DNA from: Eledone cirrhosa
Taxonomy: Eukaryota
Length of the DNA: 64,000 nucleotides
Reading direction: 5' to 3'
Assembly (NCBI GenBank): GCA_964016885.1
Contig: OZ024741.1
Coordinates: 29,574,001 to 29,638,000 of the forward strand
Shown: one piece after another, positions 61,981-64,000 of the stretch
Position numbering within the stretch: the first letter of the stretch is position 1
How the letters are laid out: the number at the start of each line of letters is the position of its first letter
Notes under the pieces: generated by a model
Seen by the model: only the letters and a program-made list of their open reading frames with translations
The model's database searches: none
Told to the model about the DNA's origin: nothing
Position numbers and translations under genes: made by a program

Positions 61981-62600
61981 GGAATGTAGTTTTGCGTGTG
62001 ATTATATTTTGTTGGTCTGTTGCGTGTGGGTCTGTAGCTTGTTGTTTCATGAGGGTGAATGTGATGGTGGGGGTGGTATGTGTTGTGGTTGTTGATGAGC
62101 AAGGGTTCTGTTGTTGGTTCATGTGGTCTGGGTGCGTTATTTCTGTGGTACAGAGTGTTGAGGTTGGGGGGGTTGTCTTTTGTTGGATTAAGGGTGATGT
62201 CTGGTGTGGTTGTGGGTAAGTTCTGTTGTGATTTCAAGTGGTCTGGGTGGATTTCTTCTGAGGAATGTGGTGTGTGTGTTGTGAGTTGGATCTATGTTAT
62301 TTCGTCGTTGGTTTATGTAGGGGGCATTTCTACGGAAACCTGTGTTGTGGTGGTTAGGTGTGTTTCTTTTGGTGTAGTTGGCCGTATTTGGTTTGTGTTG
62401 GTGGGGGATGTGCCTGTGGTTAGTGTGTGTTGGGTTTGGTGGTGTAAATGTGTCTGTTGTAGTTCTTGTTATGTTCAAATGTTTTATAAAGGGGTTACCT
62501 GTTTGGTGCGTCCTTTTAAAGTCTTCTTCATATTTGAGGAACCAGTTTTCGGATTTTTCCCACCGTTTAAGGGAAATAGTTTCTGCATTCTCGAATATAC

Positions 62601-62633
<33 letters not shown>

Positions 62634-62634
62634 C

Positions 62635-63046
62635 AATATTAAATAAATGGAAACTATATTTATAAAACCATATTTATTTTATTATATATATTTCAAGGGT
62701 ACCAAGACAACATTGGTACGCTTTCATTAGATAAACTACAAAGTTTGTTTTATATATAGAGACATACCCATGAAAATCATACCTTATCGGTTGGAAATTC
62801 ACATGATTTTCATGGGTATGTCTCTATTTATAAAACAAACTTTGTATTTTATCTGATGAAAGCGTACCAATGTTGTCTTGGTACCCTTGAAATATATATA
62901 ATAAAATAAATATCGTTTTATAAATATAGTTTCCATTTATTTAACATCGTTGAATATTTACGCCAGAAACTGTTGAGTGCTCTAAATCAGTCATAAACAT
63001 TTATATTTGTCGGACTTCCAACAAATTAAATACCCCTTCGACTTAT
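62635..63046 (+). mobile_element. Short non-autonomous HHR element with 5' fold-back (arms 62635-62780 and 62803-62949), in (TA)n
   Basis: Inverted arms with a 22-nt loop. The left-arm HHR copy has CTAATGA. Homologous to 63535-63876. Confidence 0.85.
62845..62908 (+). ncRNA. Type I hammerhead ribozyme
   Basis: TATTTTAT-CTGATGA-AAGCGTACCAA-TGTTGTC-TTGGTACCCTT-GAAA-TATATA-TA-ATAAAATA. Confidence 0.9.
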
Positions 63047-63271
63047 ATATATATATATATATATATACATATATATTGCGTGTTACCTCCATACACACAC
63101 CCCTACACACACACTCATGTATATATCTTTGTTATACATGATCTATTTATCTATTTACCCTCTCTTAGTATATAAATGTATATATATACATATGTGTTTG
63201 TGTGTGTGTGTGTGTGTGGTTGACGATTATGGGTAAAGTATACTCAACGCCGAAGTAGAGTTTAAATATTT

Positions 63272-63354
63272 ATTTTATTAAGGCTAAATAGTGAGTCTTG
63301 TTAAACAGATGAAACTCTAGAGTAACAAGACTCACCATTTAGCCTTAATAAAAT
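63272..63354. repeat. Hairpin with 32-bp arms and a 19-nt loop
   Basis: ATTTTATTAAGGCTAAATAGTGAGTCTTGTTA / TAACAAGACTCACCATTTAGCCTTAATAAAAT. Confidence 0.85.
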
Positions 63355-63534
63355 GAACACACACAAATACACACATATATATATACATATATACAGTGGT
63401 GGCAAACAGTTTAAGACCAGGCTATAGAACCTAATACTTACTTTAAAGCAGCAACGATATTAAATATATATATTCAGACATCATCGTCACTATAAACTAA
63501 TATTGTATGTCATCTTTTTGCCATTCTCTAACCA

Positions 63535-63872
63535 CATCAGATAAAATACGAAGTGTGTTTTATAAACTTTGAAATAACCAAGGAAAATACCTGATCGGTT
63601 CAAGTTTTCCCCGAACCGATCAGGTATTTTCCTTGGTTATGTCAAAATTTATAAAACACACTTCGTATTTTATCTGATGAAAGCTTACCAAAGTTTTGGA
63701 ACCCTTGAAATATATATAATAGAATAAATATGGTTTTATAAATATAGTTTCCATTTATTTAATATCATTTAATATCATTGTATATTATACTCCAGAAAAT
63801 TTGTCGAGTGCTCTGAATCAGTTATAAACATTTATATTTGTTGAATTACCAACAAATTGAATATCCTTTCTG

Positions 63873-63876
<4 letters not shown>
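63535..63876 (+). mobile_element. Second copy of the fold-back HHR element (arms 63535-63601 and 63613-63679)
   Basis: Diverged homologue of 62803-63046, ending in (TA)n. Confidence 0.85.
63666..63726 (+). ncRNA. Type I hammerhead ribozyme
   Basis: TATTTTAT-CTGATGA(63674-63680)-stem II-GAAA(63707-63710)-TATATA-TA-ATAGAATA. Confidence 0.85.
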
Positions 63877-63911
<35 letters not shown>

Positions 63912-64000
63912 ATATATTGTTATATTTGGGGATGGTCTTGTTGCTAATATTGCTAATAGAAAGAAACACTGGCACCATATCATTTTCACTTTATCTTTAT

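Larger units (their letters stand above)
58730..62595 (-). mobile_element. Neptune-like Penelope element: upstream ORF, RT, Cys linker, GIY-YIG and 3' pLTR
   Basis: IINLS..LSKGLKF, IKEADKG, FYGLPKLHK, LRPII, SFDVINLYTNIP, GTAMGT, RYLDD, FYKPTD..HPKH; linker CGRTNCGTC; NLIYAITCGGCKHNYIGQT..RMTIH. Confidence 0.93.

Overview
Eukaryotic, AT-rich, gene-poor DNA packed with (TA)n/(CA)n/(GA)n/(TATC)n microsatellites. The SINE types and repeat landscape suggest a cephalopod (octopus-like) genome, which is an inference. No intact host protein-coding gene was found, and most tracked ORFs are repeat artefacts. Contents: a 12.6-kb 22-bp satellite; a 3.1-kb 30-bp satellite; three different Penelope-like elements (PLEs, RT + GIY-YIG); a long Tx1/L1-clade LINE inside (TATC)n; RTE, CRE and REL-type LINE fragments; mariner and hAT relics; several SINEs. 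The most notable signals are four. (i) About a dozen small type I hammerhead ribozyme (HHR) motifs, many in short ORF-less fold-back elements inserted in (TA)n, which look like a non-autonomous PLE-derived ribozyme family. (ii) A Neptune-like PLE whose upstream ORF joins the RT ORF through an HIV-like U_UUU_UUA_GGG slippery site in exact -1 frameshift geometry. (iii) In that same element, a single in-frame UGA at a normally Cys position. (iv) A templated insertion that may preserve the pre-expansion state of the 30-bp satellite. All alignments and folds were done by eye.
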